From: a virus
Virus record (IMG/VR): IMGVR_UViG_3300045988_081419
Coordinates: 1 to 64,000 of that record
DNA: 64,000 bases
Reading direction: 5' to 3' (one strand)
The notes beneath the pieces were generated by a model. The model had not been told where the DNA came from, made no database searches, and was given only the letters and a program-made list of their open reading frames with translations. The translations under genes were made by a program, and so were the position numbers. Below are positions 1-10,219 of the stretch, piece after piece (within the stretch, counting starts at the first letter, position 1; each line of letters starts with the position of its first letter).

Positions 1-47
1 CCAAAATGTTATATAAACACTTCCAGAACTGAGTACAGTGCCGTGAA

Positions 48-151
48 GTGGTCGCTGATATTACAATTACGATTAGAAGCCACATTATTCAGATTCCAAT
101 AGAACAACTCGGTATTCGTACCATTATTCCAATTCGTACCCAATAGGGTAA
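48..151 (-). repeat. DGR template repeat (TR), non-coding copy of VR
   Basis: Aligns to 396..499 at constant offset 348. 19 of 31 coding-strand A positions differ from VR but only 2 of 73 non-A positions. Reads as AAT-rich pseudo-codons. Confidence 0.8.
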
Positions 152-380
152 ATACTGGACTCTCTTTTTATTACCGAGAATCCAGTATTTCATGTGTACT
201 GTTGGTGGCAAAGAATACTCATGTGATAATGTCTTTGACCGCTTTAACCCGAAATTTTACCTGTCTTAGTGGAGCAGTACTCTGTTGCAACCACTAATGA
301 CATTATACCCTTAACAAAGCGTTTTGTAAAGAAGATTTCTTGTTTCTCCTTCCCTCAAATATTTAATTTTACAAATGATG

Positions 381-2270
381 TTACTTTCTGCAAAGGCGGC
401 CGCCGATACCCCAACTACGATGAGAAGCCACACCATTCAGACTCCAACCGAACAACCCGGCATTCGTACCACCATTCCAACGCGCACCCAATAGGGCAAT
501 ATAGTTGTTATTGCTACTCATATTGACATAATAGTAATCACCTACTGGTTTATTACTGTCACCACCTACTAAAGAAGTCATGTAAGCAAAATCACAGTCT
601 TCTGAGAAACCAAAGGCTTTTACATAACCTTCTTTCGTAGCACAACTAAATCCACAAGGAATGTAGTCTGTAATGGTATCAGAGAAAGCTTTACTTCCAT
701 CCTGCCAGTATGCTTCGTTACAATCACTTCCGGCAGAATGTTTTCTCATAAATCCATCAACAAACTTCCAGATATTTCCGAAAGGATTCTTAACACCACG
801 ATACACAGGAACTTTAACATCATACTGAGTACCATTAGAGTGTGTGTATTTAACATCAATAGTACCACTACCATTTCCAAGTTCTGTATTAACAGGGTTA
901 GGAACACTGTCATTCTTATTTGTTACATAGGGCATTCCTGTAACACCAGAACCGAATAAAGGAATGTTCTGGATATTAAATGAAGCAAACTCTACCAAGA
1001 ATAACATTTGCTCTGCACTTGCAATAGTGAAGTCAAGCTGTTGCCAACCTGTTCCTCTATTAGCACAAGTCTTTCTAATTGCGTCTCTTGTAAGAGAGTT
1101 ATTTTTTGTTGCTCCCTCAGTAGCACCACTAGCAGGTTTAGCACCTGCAATAGAAGAAAACTTAATACCAGTGTAAGGACTAGAGCCAAGTGTGATAGTG
1201 TTGTCATTCTTGTCATAACCAGAAGTGTTCTCAAGACAACCATCATTCTCACCAATTAAATAGTAAGGAACAATCTTATCACCTTTCTTAAATGTAGGGT
1301 GAACTTTAAAGCCACTTCTAGGTGTTGGACTAATAAGGTCTACCCACTTAGTCATGTGGTAACCTTTTACTTGATATGTTTCATCTACCTGCTTTTCAAG
1401 TCTGATAGGGATTCTCTTATAGAAAAACATAGGCTGTTTAACCATACACTGTACTTTTGTACCAATAGGGTCATCACCAATCTGTTTCTCTAAAGCACCT
1501 GTTTCTGTATATCCGTCTTCTCCAAAGTAAGCTAAAATTGTTCCGTCATCTTTTACGATACATCTTTTTCTCTCACCATATACAGGAGAATTGTCATAGT
1601 CTTTTCCACCAGACCAGTACTTGTTATCTCCAAGTCTTTTTATAGTGTTGTTATCAAGGTCTACTTCAACACCAAGAACTCCCTCTCCAAGTGTTCCCAT
1701 GTGAACACTGAGGTCAATTACTTGCTGAGAAAGGTTAGAGAAGTTTACCTCTTTACACAATCTTGTCATAATACCATTTGAAATACTTGCGATTGCAAGG
1801 TTATGTTTTCCACTATTTGTAGAAGTTGCAAGAGTGTACTTAACCACCTTACGCTTAGTTGTTTCAGCAGGTGAACGATTGTCTTTAAAGAAGTTTGCCA
1901 CTGTAGAAGAGGACTGTTGATTACCCTCCACTTTAAGTGTTTCATTATAAGACACTACATCTTCCCACACTTGCAAATACACTGTTCCACTTGTAGCAGG
2001 AATACTAAGACCTGTACACTCTACCATGAAACCATCAACTACTAAAGAACACTTATCTCCAATTTTTAATGTTCCATCAGCAAAAGTAATTTTACTAAGG
2101 TCTGTAATACCATCACCTAAAAGGTTTTTGATTGCTCTTCTAAGCATGGTCTTTTGTACTTCCTGCACTTCATTCATTTCTACCTCTAACAGAGGTTTTT
2201 CAGCACCAAAGACAACACTGGAAACTCCTGCGTTGTCTTTATAGTTTGAATATTTGTCAAAACTTGCCAT
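381..2270 (-). CDS. Tail fibre / receptor-binding protein, DGR target (C-type-lectin-like C-terminus)
   Basis: 629-aa ORF, last gene of the tail module. N-terminus has LLEVEMNEVQEVQ as seen in fibre/baseplate proteins. C-terminal W/G-rich segment is the VR. Confidence 0.75.
   Translation of the reverse strand: MASFDKYSNYKDNAGVSSVVFGAEKPLLEVEMNEVQEVQKTMLRRAIKNLLGDGITDLSKITFADGTLKIGDKCSLVVDGFMVECTGLSIPATSGTVYLQVWEDVVSYNETLKVEGNQQSSSTVANFFKDNRSPAETTKRKVVKYTLATSTNSGKHNLAIASISNGIMTRLCKEVNFSNLSQQVIDLSVHMGTLGEGVLGVEVDLDNNTIKRLGDNKYWSGGKDYDNSPVYGERKRCIVKDDGTILAYFGEDGYTETGALEKQIGDDPIGTKVQCMVKQPMFFYKRIPIRLEKQVDETYQVKGYHMTKWVDLISPTPRSGFKVHPTFKKGDKIVPYYLIGENDGCLENTSGYDKNDNTITLGSSPYTGIKFSSIAGAKPASGATEGATKNNSLTRDAIRKTCANRGTGWQQLDFTIASAEQMLFLVEFASFNIQNIPLFGSGVTGMPYVTNKNDSVPNPVNTELGNGSGTIDVKYTHSNGTQYDVKVPVYRGVKNPFGNIWKFVDGFMRKHSAGSDCNEAYWQDGSKAFSDTITDYIPCGFSCATKEGYVKAFGFSEDCDFAYMTSLVGGDSNKPVGDYYYVNMSSNNNYIALLGARWNGGTNAGLFGWSLNGVASHRSWGIGGRLCRK
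396..499 (-). repeat. DGR variable repeat (VR) inside the 3' end of CDS 381..2270
   Basis: Encodes ALLGARWNGGTNAGLFGWSLNGVASHRSWGIGG. All but 2 differences from TR fall at TR adenines (17 A>G, 2 A>C). GC-rich GGCGGCCGCC block at its 3' end (IMH-like). Confidence 0.8.
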
Positions 2271-2288
2271 CTTTAAATCCTCCTTTGA

Positions 2289-2873
2289 TTATACTAAGTT
2301 CAGAGTGAACCTCATGATTCTCTCAATCGTCATTTCCTCAGTTTTTGTAATAACTGCATGATGACGTTTGTTAATCATAATTCCAGAGTCTTTTGCAGTT
2401 GTAGCATTACCACCAAAGATACCAAACTCTCTCCAAACACCATTACAGTCAGCCGGACCGAAAGTGTGAGAGATTTGCAGAATGTTTGTAGGTGTCTGAG
2501 TCTCCTCAAATTCTGGTGTGAGGAACTTAATCTCGTCTGCTCCGATTGCTACACGACCTAACTCTGCTGTAAGTTTGTTGGCAGAAATGTCCGGGTTAGG
2601 AAGTGAAGAATCCCAACTTGAAGCACCACTACCAACAGCCCAGTACTGAATACCTTTGTAACCACTCTGCTGTTTAAGCAAACTCATTACAAGATTTAAG
2701 AAGCTGTTCACAACAAGGTTATGACCTACTCTCTCTTCCACTCTTCCATCAGCATAATGGATTCGGTCAAGAACCTCACCTGTCATGTGTACTTGATGAC
2801 CCTCTTTTGACATTGTTTTTAAATTCATGATTTCTTTGTCCTCCTGTTTAAAATTTGTATTATCATTAAACAT
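2289..2873 (-). CDS. Hypothetical tail/baseplate-associated protein
   Basis: 194-aa ORF between tailspike and fibre; AAGGAGG about 10 nt upstream of the ATG; no diagnostic motif. Confidence 0.5.
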   Translation of the reverse strand: MFNDNTNFKQEDKEIMNLKTMSKEGHQVHMTGEVLDRIHYADGRVEERVGHNLVVNSFLNLVMSLLKQQSGYKGIQYWAVGSGASSWDSSLPNPDISANKLTAELGRVAIGADEIKFLTPEFEETQTPTNILQISHTFGPADCNGVWREFGIFGGNATTAKDSGIMINKRHHAVITKTEEMTIERIMRFTLNLV

Positions 2874-2915
2874 AGTTTATTGATACCTCCTTTATTATAA
2901 TATATTACTTTAAAG

Positions 2916-4376
2916 TTATGCTATTTTTTTATAAAAGTAAATAGTAGAAGAACCAACTAGTTGACTTCCTATAAGTTCCCAAGTTCCTCCGTAAGACAAA
3001 CCTATTTGTTGTGCATTATTTATTGTAGAAGTAATAATAAACCCTATTTCTGGTTTTAAAAGAAGATTATATATATTTGTATTTTTATCTAAAACGTACA
3101 TTTTACCTTTAAGTACTTTAAGAAGGTAGTCTTTTTGGTCATATTCTGCTGTTACAATACCATTCTCTGAATAAATACCGCCATTTATAAATACATAAGT
3201 ACCAATAGAATGTATAAAAGTAAATCTACCTTTAGTGTTCGTAATAAAATCTAATGCAGGAAGACATTTTACAATAGAAGAATTTATCCCTTTTGGAGAA
3301 TTTATAAGATAATGTTTTGACTTGGTTACTCCTCCATCTGTCCAAATATCCTCATTTGTATTTAAAAGAGTTATATTAAGATTACTTGCATAGTCTTCCA
3401 CATAAATATATGAAAATCCACTTTCAATTCTATTAGGAAAACTGTTGAAATCTTCCTCAGTGAATCCAAAATAATATTGACAACACCTACTTAATTTACC
3501 TGTAAAAATTAAATCGCTTAAAGAAGTTTCTGCGTATAAACCTGCATATCCACACTGGTCTACTGTAATATTATTTAATTTATATTGTCCTGTTCCTGTA
3601 CATACTATTCCCCATTTAGAGTTTGATTCAATTCTAGTATTAGAAACAGTACCTCCTACTTGCAATTTTAATCCAACCTCGCAACCCCATGTTTTACTAT
3701 TGGTAAGAATACTATCCACACCTAAGTCTATTCCCACTTTACAACCAAAAACTACTATATTATCCAAAATAGAGTAGTATGGAACTTTAAAACCAATTCC
3801 AGAAAAGTTGCTAATAAAAATATTAGAGAATCTACTTAATCCCTCATTATTATTGCACACAATAGCATTTACATTCTCATATAAATGACTTAATTCATAA
3901 TGAAAATGTGGATTTATAGGAGAAGATTCTTCTTCATTAGTTATTACATGTGAACTATTAGAAAAGAAGCAGATACCTTCTATACTGAATTTACAAGTGC
4001 TTACTTCGATAAGAGTTATATTAGGAGTATTTTTTGTAATAAACTCAGTAGAACCGTACCCTAATCTTGGAATATTACTAACAATTTTAGTATCACCTAG
4101 TAAAGTCAAAGGCTTACTAATTTTAATACCTTTATTCATTAAATATTTTCCCTTTGGGAAATATAAAGTATCAAAGTCATTAGATTTATTTATAATATCC
4201 TGTAGTTTATCTGATATATCTGTATTTCCAGTATTATCTAAGTTAAAAGTATTAACTACATTTATCCAACCTGTATTGTGGTTAATAGCCTCCTCAACAC
4301 CATCTTGCAAATTGTCATAAAGGTCCTTATTCATAACAGTAACACCATCTTGTGTATCAATTCTTCTATAAGACAT
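2916..4376 (-). CDS. Right-handed beta-helix (pectate-lyase-fold) tailspike / depolymerase
   Basis: N-terminal NVVNTFNLDNTGNTDISDKLQDIINKS..LYFPKGKYL typical of the pectate_lyase_3 family, followed by periodic N/G/I-rich beta-helix-like repeats. Confidence 0.65.
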   Translation of the reverse strand: MSYRRIDTQDGVTVMNKDLYDNLQDGVEEAINHNTGWINVVNTFNLDNTGNTDISDKLQDIINKSNDFDTLYFPKGKYLMNKGIKISKPLTLLGDTKIVSNIPRLGYGSTEFITKNTPNITLIEVSTCKFSIEGICFFSNSSHVITNEEESSPINPHFHYELSHLYENVNAIVCNNNEGLSRFSNIFISNFSGIGFKVPYYSILDNIVVFGCKVGIDLGVDSILTNSKTWGCEVGLKLQVGGTVSNTRIESNSKWGIVCTGTGQYKLNNITVDQCGYAGLYAETSLSDLIFTGKLSRCCQYYFGFTEEDFNSFPNRIESGFSYIYVEDYASNLNITLLNTNEDIWTDGGVTKSKHYLINSPKGINSSIVKCLPALDFITNTKGRFTFIHSIGTYVFINGGIYSENGIVTAEYDQKDYLLKVLKGKMYVLDKNTNIYNLLLKPEIGFIITSTINNAQQIGLSYGGTWELIGSQLVGSSTIYFYKKIA

Positions 4377-4390
4377 TTCTTTACCTCCTT

Positions 4391-6217
4391 TTAATAATGA
4401 ATGGTGGTTACAACACCATTCCGAATAACTTTATCATACACCATTTCCTCAATTAGCACAAGTCCAACATCAGAGTTACTTATATTAGTCATAAGACCTT
4501 GATTAAGGACGTTTCCAGTGTTAAGACAAGGATAATACATAAAGAGTCCAACAGTTTGTTTCAATGCCTCTTTATCACCTGTTTTTTCAACCCTTGCACT
4601 CTCTTCTACAGAGTGAGTAATAAAATCTTCCACAGTATCAAGTTCCTCAAACTCATTTGTAATAAGACTGTCATTAAGTAAATCTTTTGTGTTTAAACTT
4701 TCACTCCAATTTTTAGTGAACTGTCTGTTAAGTTGTGCAACCTCTTTTTCTGTGTAAGAGATTGTGTCACTAAACTCTTCCGCAATTCCCTCACTGTCTT
4801 TATCAAACACAGCGTTTCCAAACACTGCTTGCATGAATCTTGATGTGCCGGGAGTAGGAAGTGCAATTCTAGGAATACTACCACTGACTTCAATAGATTG
4901 TGTTGTAGTAATACTCTCTTCGTCTTCCTCAACACTACTAATAACACCAATTTCTTCTTTCAAGTTCTCTACTACATAGTCTTCAAAATCATCTGACCTT
5001 GTTTCAATGTTAAAAGCAAACTTTTGATTGAGTAAAAAATCTGGGTTATTAAGGACAGGTCTGTAGGTCTTTGTAATATCAGAACAAATACTTCCACTCT
5101 CTTCCTTAATCTCTTTAATGGTGTCTGTGTAAGAGTCTGTAAACCACTTAAATCCCTCTTTGCCAAATATTGCGTTACCGAGAACACTATAAGCAAATAG
5201 GGAACTATCATCTTCTGGAACACCAATAGAATAAAATGTACCAGACTCTTTAAGGTTGTCATAAGCCTTTTCAATAATATTTTCAAAGACTCTGACCCTC
5301 ACTAAATCATCTACCGGGGAAGTGGTGATAGTGGTAGATACCAATTCATCAGTGTCCATATAATCACTTAGAAAGAGGTCATCATTTAATTCCATAAATG
5401 GGTCATTGAGTGTTGGTCTTAAATACTGGTGAGATTTCCTGCTGTCCATATTACCTTGTTCAAGAAAGTGATTGATAATCTTATCAGTAAACCAATCCAC
5501 ATCAACATCATAGTAATAAGACTCACTTAAAATAATACTTGAGTTAAGACCTAACTCAAAATTGTTAATTGTAGGGAAGAAACCCTCACCTTTTTGGCTT
5601 ACTACTCTTGCTTCTTCATTTCTTACATCTGTTACATAAATCATTTCCTCGTCTTTTGTTTTAAGCCTTGCAAGTTCATAAAACAGATAAGAAAAGATAA
5701 TTGTCACATTGATAAAGAAAGGAAGAAACTCCTTGATAATCCTTAAAAGCTGTTCTCTGTCTGGAATATCTCTTGCACCTTGTTGGTCGTAGTCCATTTC
5801 CAGATTAATATCAATGTGATAGTCCTCTAAAAAATCTGGACTAATAATTACCTCCGACTTTACATCAGAGATAATAGAGGTCAAGTATTCAATGACAGTA
5901 GTAGCACCTTTTCTGGCATAAAGGTCTCCGAGAATAGGTAACAGCTTTCTCAAGTACAGTTCTGGAAGACCATTAAAAATCTCAAGACCATACTGACTGA
6001 ATACTACACTCAAGACTTCTTTAGGGGTTTTCTCTGGGTCATTTAAGTCAAGGATTCCATTTACCTCCTCAATGACTTTAGAGAAACCTCCGTCACTAAG
6101 GACATTGAGGTATCTCTTTAAAGCAAAGTCCACCATTGAGTCGGCATTGTGATAAACCGGAGGGAGAGTGTTATACAGTTTTTCATTAAATTGTTCTCCT
6201 GCTAATAACTTTGACAT
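4391..6217 (-). CDS. Baseplate wedge protein (P2 gpI-like N-terminus) with long C-terminal extension
   Basis: Directly downstream of the gpJ-like gene. N-terminal LPPVYHNAD...DPEKTPKEVLSVVFSQYGLEI...LLPILGDLY resembles tail protein I. Confidence 0.5.
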   Translation of the reverse strand: MSKLLAGEQFNEKLYNTLPPVYHNADSMVDFALKRYLNVLSDGGFSKVIEEVNGILDLNDPEKTPKEVLSVVFSQYGLEIFNGLPELYLRKLLPILGDLYARKGATTVIEYLTSIISDVKSEVIISPDFLEDYHIDINLEMDYDQQGARDIPDREQLLRIIKEFLPFFINVTIIFSYLFYELARLKTKDEEMIYVTDVRNEEARVVSQKGEGFFPTINNFELGLNSSIILSESYYYDVDVDWFTDKIINHFLEQGNMDSRKSHQYLRPTLNDPFMELNDDLFLSDYMDTDELVSTTITTSPVDDLVRVRVFENIIEKAYDNLKESGTFYSIGVPEDDSSLFAYSVLGNAIFGKEGFKWFTDSYTDTIKEIKEESGSICSDITKTYRPVLNNPDFLLNQKFAFNIETRSDDFEDYVVENLKEEIGVISSVEEDEESITTTQSIEVSGSIPRIALPTPGTSRFMQAVFGNAVFDKDSEGIAEEFSDTISYTEKEVAQLNRQFTKNWSESLNTKDLLNDSLITNEFEELDTVEDFITHSVEESARVEKTGDKEALKQTVGLFMYYPCLNTGNVLNQGLMTNISNSDVGLVLIEEMVYDKVIRNGVVTTIHY

Positions 6218-6218
6218 A

Positions 6219-7697
6219 CTATCCCTCCTTTACTTTTCCACCAGTCACATTCAGTTTTAATTCCTTTAAGGTAATAATCTTACTGTCTTTGTCTGCTGTG
6301 ATAATATCACTATCTGGGGAAATGATACGGAATGACTCAACACCTGCAAAAGTCTGTTTTATCTCATGTTCAAGGTCAGACTTCACAAACTTGTCTCCAA
6401 ACACTAAATTGCCATAAGCAAAGAATGTGTTCTCTACATAATCAGTCACATATCCAACAATGGTCTCCTTATCATAGTCATCATCAATAATCAAGTTTGC
6501 AGTAATAGTGATAGGATATTCCTCATGCTTTTTAAACTCATAAGAAGTTCCCGGAATAATTCTTGAGTTGAAGAAGTCATTTACCCTTTTGAGAAGTGCT
6601 TCGTCCATAGTGTAACCCTCTCTCATAAGATAAAAGACATTCATCTTTAACTTCACAACTTCGTCTGAGATTCCTACAGAACTGAGAACCTCATAGAAGT
6701 TGATTCTTAAAAGGTCTGCATAGTCCTGTGCTGTGATTGCTCTGTCTTGAGTTCTGAAAGCCGCAGGAGCATTTTCCCGAATTTCTTCAATGCTCTCTTT
6801 TTCATGTCCTAAGACAGTCGGACCAGAGGGGTTAAATGTTCTGTCCACATAAGCAATGCTTTCGTCAAACTCTGTAATAGTGCTAGGCTTTACATTACCA
6901 ATAGAACCTCCACCTACTCTGTAAGAAGCAATAATACCATTGTCATATACATCTGGAATTTTACCTCTAGCACCACTACCAAACTCAATGTAGCAAGTAT
7001 CAAATTCGTCCACTGTCACTGTGTAGTGTCTGCTCTCTTCGTCACTGTCAATAAAGGTGTCTACTTGAGTCCACACTTCATATCCATCACCCTCGTTAAT
7101 CATCAACTGAATAGAGTTTGTAAGAACTTCCTTGTAGTTCAGCTTAAAGGACTGATAAGGCTGTCCATTAGAAGAACCTAAAAGGTCTTCATTAACTGAT
7201 GTACCTTGAATTACATTGACAGAGTACTTATAAGAGTCATCTTCATTCTTTTCATCACCCAACATTCCTGCCGGAATAATAAGGTCATCTTCTGTCTCAA
7301 AGTAAACAGTAACCATGTCAGTGCTATCTTTAGTGTGTACAACACTTCCTTTAGGAATTACAATGTCTCTGTCCATTTCATTACCAAGCACAAACACTTG
7401 AGGTACAACACTGGCAGTCTGGTTTTTTGCAATATACCTTAACTGTCTTGCAAGTAACACCGCAATTCTTCTATCTTGTGTGGTAGGAAGAAAACAGTCA
7501 TTTGCAATTACATCTGTGTATAAACTACAAATATCCAGACCATTTGCAAGGCACTCTAAAATAACAATACCTGCGTCAGTCTGGCTTGTGTCAGTGTACT
7601 CCGGCATACGCTTTTGTAATTCCTGTATAAGCATAGTTCTATATGCTTCATAATCTCTACTTGTGTAATCAATTCCTTGTGTTGGTTTTCTACTCAT
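6219..7697 (-). CDS. Baseplate J-like protein (gpJ / T4 gp6 family)
   Basis: 492 aa; follows the gp25-like gene with an 8-nt overlap; size and position typical of Baseplate_J. Confidence 0.65.
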   Translation of the reverse strand: MSRKPTQGIDYTSRDYEAYRTMLIQELQKRMPEYTDTSQTDAGIVILECLANGLDICSLYTDVIANDCFLPTTQDRRIAVLLARQLRYIAKNQTASVVPQVFVLGNEMDRDIVIPKGSVVHTKDSTDMVTVYFETEDDLIIPAGMLGDEKNEDDSYKYSVNVIQGTSVNEDLLGSSNGQPYQSFKLNYKEVLTNSIQLMINEGDGYEVWTQVDTFIDSDEESRHYTVTVDEFDTCYIEFGSGARGKIPDVYDNGIIASYRVGGGSIGNVKPSTITEFDESIAYVDRTFNPSGPTVLGHEKESIEEIRENAPAAFRTQDRAITAQDYADLLRINFYEVLSSVGISDEVVKLKMNVFYLMREGYTMDEALLKRVNDFFNSRIIPGTSYEFKKHEEYPITITANLIIDDDYDKETIVGYVTDYVENTFFAYGNLVFGDKFVKSDLEHEIKQTFAGVESFRIISPDSDIITADKDSKIITLKELKLNVTGGKVKEG

Positions 7698-8103
7698 TTG
7701 TTATCTCACCTACCTCAAATTTTGCTGTGTACCAAGTCTCATACTTGATGATTTTAAAAGTTATCGTTGCAAAAAGGAAACTACCTTTATTAGAGGTCTC
7801 TACCGAAAACTGAATATCGTCCTCAGTAGCTTGCACCCTCTCTTCAAGTCTTTCTATTGCGTCCACAATTCTAGCTTTTGCAATAGCTTGTAGTGTTTCA
7901 TCATTGGGTTCAAACACCACTGTAATGAGTTCTGAGTAAATATCGGGTTCCATTACCCTTTGGAGATAATGTGTTCCGAAAATCTGTTTCAGACTTTCAA
8001 CAATGTGTGTGGGGTTAGAAGCACTTGTAGTAGACATTACCACTCCCCCTTGTGGTCCGACTCTAAAAGGAAAACTGATTCCTGTATATCCACTCTTCGG
8101 CAT
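7690..8103 (-). CDS. Baseplate wedge protein, gp25/gpW-like
   Basis: 137 aa with GISFPFRV...GG and LQRVMEPDIYS, the gp25-like signature. Confidence 0.7.
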   Translation of the reverse strand: MPKSGYTGISFPFRVGPQGGVVMSTTSASNPTHIVESLKQIFGTHYLQRVMEPDIYSELITVVFEPNDETLQAIAKARIVDAIERLEERVQATEDDIQFSVETSNKGSFLFATITFKIIKYETWYTAKFEVGEITNE

Positions 8104-8120
8104 TTTAATGACCTCCTTTC

Positions 8121-8666
8121 TTATACATTAGGTGCGTCTACACGAACATCAGCGTGAACAACACCACCACCGTTTTTACCAACATAAGCACCAACATTAC
8201 CTGCACTAAGGTTATAGCAACTTACGTTACCTTGTACTTCAAGTGTACCGAGTATGGTTACTTTGCTATGCTCTATTTTTAAATCACACTCTCCTGCACC
8301 TACATTGATGCTGATAACACCGTCTTTCATAGTGATTGTACAGTCAGCATAATTTATGATTCTCACTTTGTCCTTAGAAGAACCATAGTTAGTACCTAAA
8401 GGTGTGGTGTTCTTCTGCCACCAGTTACCTAAATAAACTGGATAGTTTGGGTTGCCCTTTTCAAAAGCAATCCAAACTGTCTCTTTCTTCTGTGGTAAAC
8501 AAAAGTCTCCACCAGTGTCATAAGCTACTGGCACACATGGTTCACACCATGCACTTTCTACTGTACCACCTAAAACATCTGGTATCTGACACTTTATTCT
8601 ACCTCGTTTTTCTGGGTCATTGTTATTACTAACAATACCTTTATAAAATCCTGCGTATGTTGCCAT
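8121..8666 (-). CDS. Baseplate spike (gpV / gp5 OB-fold) protein
   Basis: YKGIVSNNNDPEKRGRIKCQIPDVLG..ESAWCEPCVP matches the phage_base_V / Gp5 OB-fold N-terminus. Confidence 0.7.
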   Translation of the reverse strand: MATYAGFYKGIVSNNNDPEKRGRIKCQIPDVLGGTVESAWCEPCVPVAYDTGGDFCLPQKKETVWIAFEKGNPNYPVYLGNWWQKNTTPLGTNYGSSKDKVRIINYADCTITMKDGVISINVGAGECDLKIEHSKVTILGTLEVQGNVSCYNLSAGNVGAYVGKNGGGVVHADVRVDAPNV

Positions 8667-8678
8667 ACTACCACCTCT

Positions 8679-9350
8679 TTACGGAATAATAAGTTTAAGA
8701 CCAATAGGTAATCTTCTGTACTGTGATGGACTGATACCATTGGCATTTGCAATCTTAGGATATTGTGCCCCACTACCATAATATTTAGCGGCAACACTCC
8801 ACAAACATTCACCTGCTTTAAGATAGTGGATTCTCTGGGAAACCGGAGCAGGTTTCTTAGCAGGTGGGTCTTTCTTCTTCTCTGGAACTTTTTTGTCCTT
8901 AGAAGATGTGGAAGTGTCCTTTAAAGAGTTTCCAAAGTCTGTCTTGATTAAAGTAGCAGAGTGTGAATATCCATCTTGACTTATCTGCCTTGTAACATCT
9001 TGAACATAATACAGACCAGACAGATACTTGCCAATACCATTGATTCTTACTGTATCTCCGGCAGTGAGTCTAATGGTCTCTTTGGTGGCAATAAACTTTA
9101 ACTGCCCCTCCAAAATATTATACTCAATAGTGTTGTACTTTTTCTCTGCACTACCCACAGAGGACTGAGGGTTTGAGTTACTGGCAGACATATTTCCACC
9201 TTTGTTACCAGAGGGTTTTGAAGAACCACTGCTTGAAGAGGGTTTTTTATTACTACCTCCATTATTACTTGTAGAACTTGAACCACTAGAACCACTGGAA
9301 GTCCATTTACCAGTAGAGGGGTCATAGGTCATTGAACCATTTCGAGCCAT
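8679..9350 (-). CDS. LysM-domain baseplate/tail protein with S/G-rich linker
   Basis: C-terminal YLKAGECLWSVAAKYYGSGAQYPKIANANGI..LPIGLKLIIP is a LysM motif; low-complexity SSGSS N-terminus. Confidence 0.6.
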   Translation of the reverse strand: MARNGSMTYDPSTGKWTSSGSSGSSSTSNNGGSNKKPSSSSGSSKPSGNKGGNMSASNSNPQSSVGSAEKKYNTIEYNILEGQLKFIATKETIRLTAGDTVRINGIGKYLSGLYYVQDVTRQISQDGYSHSATLIKTDFGNSLKDTSTSSKDKKVPEKKKDPPAKKPAPVSQRIHYLKAGECLWSVAAKYYGSGAQYPKIANANGISPSQYRRLPIGLKLIIP

Positions 9351-9368
9351 TAAATCTCACCTCTTTTC

Positions 9369-10208
9369 TTAGTTCCACTTTTTAGTGGTAGGGTTATAGG
9401 TATAAGACCTACCTGCATTATTTGAACCACTATTAGAATTTTTAGTCTTACTGTCTGTAGACCTTGTAGACTTAATCTTAGTGGTAGAAAGTTTCTTGTT
9501 GGAAGAATTGATAACAGAAGAACCAACTTCCACCTGTGCAGACTCTTTAGTAATCTTAGGACTAAAGCTGATTACCTCATGTGGGTAGTTAAGGTAAGTC
9601 AAATCCATTTTCGGAGTGGATAAGTGACCTTTCTTCACATAATAAAATGTGTTACCTACAAGTCTGGCTGTAAATGGATATACTTCATTACCTGCAAGCT
9701 GAGTAATGAAGTCAATATCTGTCTGCTGTGATTGTGTAATAGTCTCCTGCTTTTCAAAGTCATATCCACTCTCTACTACACACTTAAAACCATATTCTTT
9801 TACAATCTTTTGAACCACTTTTGCACTTGTTGTGTCTTTAAAGGTGTTGTCCTTTTTCTTGCGGTTCATTAAGTGAGTGTTATCCATGCAAGTGACAGTG
9901 AGTATAGGACACCCAGACTCTTGAAAGATAATGTCAATCGCCGAGATATATCCCTCAAACTTAACTCTATAGGTAACACCTACCCAACCAAGCTGTACTT
10001 TAATCTTGTTGTCCTCAATGAAGATGTTATCCTCAATATAAAGGAACTCTGGGTCTTGAATCTTGATAACACAAGTGTCAGACCCATCAACTGTTTCCTT
10101 TACTTCAATATTGTTAATACACTGTTTCTTTTCGATACCCAACTTGCTACCATTTATCCACACATCATATTCAATGGCAAGAAGTTCTCCGTTTTTGTAA
10201 CTGGACAC
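9369..10208 (-). CDS. Baseplate hub protein (gpD / gp27-like)
   Basis: 279 aa; sits between the tube-initiator/LysM genes and the spike gene, as in P2-like and CIS loci; call mainly positional. Confidence 0.5.
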   Translation of the reverse strand: MSSYKNGELLAIEYDVWINGSKLGIEKKQCINNIEVKETVDGSDTCVIKIQDPEFLYIEDNIFIEDNKIKVQLGWVGVTYRVKFEGYISAIDIIFQESGCPILTVTCMDNTHLMNRKKKDNTFKDTTSAKVVQKIVKEYGFKCVVESGYDFEKQETITQSQQTDIDFITQLAGNEVYPFTARLVGNTFYYVKKGHLSTPKMDLTYLNYPHEVISFSPKITKESAQVEVGSSVINSSNKKLSTTKIKSTRSTDSKTKNSNSGSNNAGRSYTYNPTTKKWN

Positions 10209-10219
10209 TTTCTCACCCC

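Noticed and set aside
269-526. 85-aa plus-strand ORF overlapping the VR
   Set aside because: It spans the 3' end of the fibre gene on the opposite strand. The region is explained by VR and intergenic DNA, and no RBS is present.
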